From Candidatus Altiarchaeota archaeon (lineage in GTDB: Archaea; Altiarchaeota; Altiarchaeia; IMC4; SCGC-AAA252-I15): 64,000 nucleotides of DNA. Location of the stretch: contig JAZDMS010000035.1 in assembly GCA_043800705.1 (NCBI GenBank), forward strand, positions 2,579 to 66,578, written 5' to 3'. Under the pieces are notes generated by a model. The model was not told the origin of the DNA, ran no database searches, and saw only the letters and a list, made by a program, of their open reading frames with translations. Positions 62,447 to 64,000 of this stretch are shown here, in pieces (the stretch's first letter is position 1; the number at the start of each line of letters is the position of its first letter). The position numbers and the translations under genes were made by a program.

Positions 62447-63013
62447 CTAATGGGTCCGCAGTGTGGCGTTTCTCGTTGTTGTGAGGCCCCTTGGGACTTC
62501 GCATGTCTCCCAGACGCCGAATTTCATGTTCACCTTCGCGGAGGTGTAGCCGCATTCGCTGCCTGGGACCTTGGAGCTGAAGTCGTTGTAATCCGCCACT
62601 GCGTTGGTGAGGTTGTAGGTGACTGTCGCGAACTTTTTAGAATCAGCCCAATCGCTCGGTTTCCCGGTCTTGTCCCCGAATGCTGGCTTGCTCTGGCACC
62701 GGGTGGTGATGGTGCTGGCCTCGGTGAACGTGTCTTCGCAGACATAGAAGGGGGCTTCGGTGGTCGTGGTAGTGTCGGTCGTAGAGGTGGTGGTCGTCGA
62801 GGTTGAGCTCGTCGACGTGGTGGTGGACGTTGTCGTCGACGTTGTGGAAGTCGTCGATGTCGTCGTGGTCGGGAAGAGTGCGGCGGATACGTCGGGGATT
62901 TCCAGCTCCGGCTGCATTATCATGTAGGCGCCCACGACCACGACCACCAGTATGGTGGCTGCGACAAGCAACAAAAGCACTCCCCCAAGCAGGTATTCTG
63001 GCGCGATTTCCAA
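62447..63013 (-). CDS. N-terminally anchored surface protein with a poly-Thr/Ser stalk
   Basis: TM segment LLGGVLLLLVAATILVVVVVGAYMI, then TTTSTTSTTSTTTSTTTSTSSTSTTTTSTTDTTTTT, then a Cys-containing globular end. Confidence 0.55.
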   Translation of the reverse strand: MEIAPEYLLGGVLLLLVAATILVVVVVGAYMIMQPELEIPDVSAALFPTTTTSTTSTTSTTTSTTTSTSSTSTTTTSTTDTTTTTEAPFYVCEDTFTEASTITTRCQSKPAFGDKTGKPSDWADSKKFATVTYNLTNAVADYNDFSSKVPGSECGYTSAKVNMKFGVWETCEVPRGLTTTRNATLRTH

Positions 63014-63044
63014 TGTGTAATCTTAAGGTAGTCGGCCCTTATAT

Positions 63045-63995
63045 TCACGTTTTTTTTGGCTTGCACAGGCCGTCGAAGTAGTCGTCTGCGTCGCACTCGT
63101 CCTCTGGGCCGAAGACGCAGACGCCGTATTCCCTCCCGCTCAGGCGTTTTTTGACCCTGTATGCGTGGCCGTTTTCTTCGCAGAACCTGGCGGCCGCATC
63201 GTATACGCTGGATTGGAGGGTCGTCGTTGTCGTGGAGCATTCGCCCACCATGAACCCGAGGGTGGAGGTGCTCTTTGTGAATGTGGTGCAGGCTATGCAC
63301 GGGTTTGTGAAAGTCCGCCAGTCTGTCTTGTTCGATGCCTGGGGCGTGTGCTCTATGAATGCGCAGACTGGGTTATAGTCGATTACGCACGGTTCCCGGC
63401 TAACATAGCCCTGGCAGTTCGTGAGGTTTCCGCTGGCCTGATCGCATCTTCCGGAGAAGTACGCCTCCTCCTCGCACATGCCGCCGTCCGGGAACACGCA
63501 TATGTTGAACGTCGCACCCGTGGGCTGCCGCTTCTGCTTAAGGTGGAAGCCCTTTTCGATGCAGAAACTAGATGCGATGCCTTCGAATTGGCTTACGATG
63601 CAGACGCCGTCCACGCAGCTTTTGCGAACGCCTACCGGCTGATCCTCTGTGACGCAGTCCCCCTCGAATATGCACCTTTCGGAGACGGCCTCTGATGCAG
63701 TCTTTACGACCCCGTTGTCTATCCGTAGCAGGACTGAATGGGATTTTCTTCCGCAGTCGAAGGTCATCCTGAAAACCCAGCAAGAGGGGCATCCGGCATC
63801 GGTGGAGGATGCGAGCTTCAATCCTCCGCAGTCCGACAGGAAGGATGACATGTTCTTCACGTAGGCTTCGGCTGCGATCCTGTTCTCGACCTGCCCCATT
63901 GGGATGTAATGCAGCGTCGTCGTCTCGGCCACGGAAGTGGTGGTCGTTTCAGGTTCCGGCTGGCTCATGCAACCCATAACCAGGGCTGAGGCCAT
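63045..63995 (-). CDS. lipoprotein with two DUF333-like modules and a Kazal-like module
   Basis: Lipobox LVMGC. ASSFCIEKGFHLKQKRQPTGATFNICVFPDGGMCEEEAYFSGRC and AARFCEENGHAYRVKKRLSGREYGVCVFGPEDECDADDYFDGLC are DUF333-like. CVIDYNPVCAF...TFTNPCIAC is Kazal-like. Confidence 0.65.
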   Translation of the reverse strand: MASALVMGCMSQPEPETTTTSVAETTTLHYIPMGQVENRIAAEAYVKNMSSFLSDCGGLKLASSTDAGCPSCWVFRMTFDCGRKSHSVLLRIDNGVVKTASEAVSERCIFEGDCVTEDQPVGVRKSCVDGVCIVSQFEGIASSFCIEKGFHLKQKRQPTGATFNICVFPDGGMCEEEAYFSGRCDQASGNLTNCQGYVSREPCVIDYNPVCAFIEHTPQASNKTDWRTFTNPCIACTTFTKSTSTLGFMVGECSTTTTTLQSSVYDAAARFCEENGHAYRVKKRLSGREYGVCVFGPEDECDADDYFDGLCKPKKT

Positions 63996-64000
63996 CAGGA

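Overview
High-GC archaeal chromosome segment with dense, mostly operonic coding. Archaeal markers: pyruvoyl arginine decarboxylase PdaD, a class-III-signal-peptide pilin/archaellin-like protein, GAGGTGA Shine-Dalgarno sites, AT-rich TATA-like boxes, oligo-T terminators. It is probably an anaerobic euryarchaeon; I cannot assign a genus. Content by block: (1) 1-7.8 kb, paralogous surface/membrane proteins: a DUF3494 ice-binding-like protein, a six-Cys module family, and hydrophilic 11-residue-repeat peptides, sharing leader and hairpin motifs. (2) 8.2-13.5 kb, kaiC-kaiB-kaiB(frameshifted)-PAS histidine kinase-response regulator, with no kaiA. (3) 14.6-20.5 kb, housekeeping genes, an ABC exporter and a frameshifted B12/radical-SAM gene. 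(4) 20.5-26.2 kb, copper operon (copZ, an HMA-membrane-2x cupredoxin fusion, copA). (5) 26.2-41.8 kb, sulfur/cysteine supercluster: nifU, nifS, PP-loop tRNA thiolase, cysS, a tRNA-Cys-like element, cysE, cysK, thiI, an ArsR/Fe-S operon, rhodanese, metX, metY and a Cys-containing HTH. A near-palindromic TTAAC-N-ATTGTTAA box recurs at four of its promoters. (6) 45-46.7 kb, polyamine genes pdaD and speB. (7) 46.8-52.4 kb, oxidative-stress cluster: rubredoxin, ferritin, glutaredoxin, FprA, TrxR-like, desulfoferrodoxin, a Rieske fusion and flavodoxin. (8) 52.8-57 kb, glycosylation genes. (9) thiC, then tRNA-Arg(GCG) flanked by decayed tRNA-like copies and repeated 3'-end hairpins, next to an island that looks lower in GC. 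(10) RumA/TrmA methyltransferase and surface proteins. No CRISPR array, rRNA gene or transposase was seen. Many long ORFs in the track are antisense shadows of real genes. All calls rest on reading the sequence and recalling family motifs; no searches were run.
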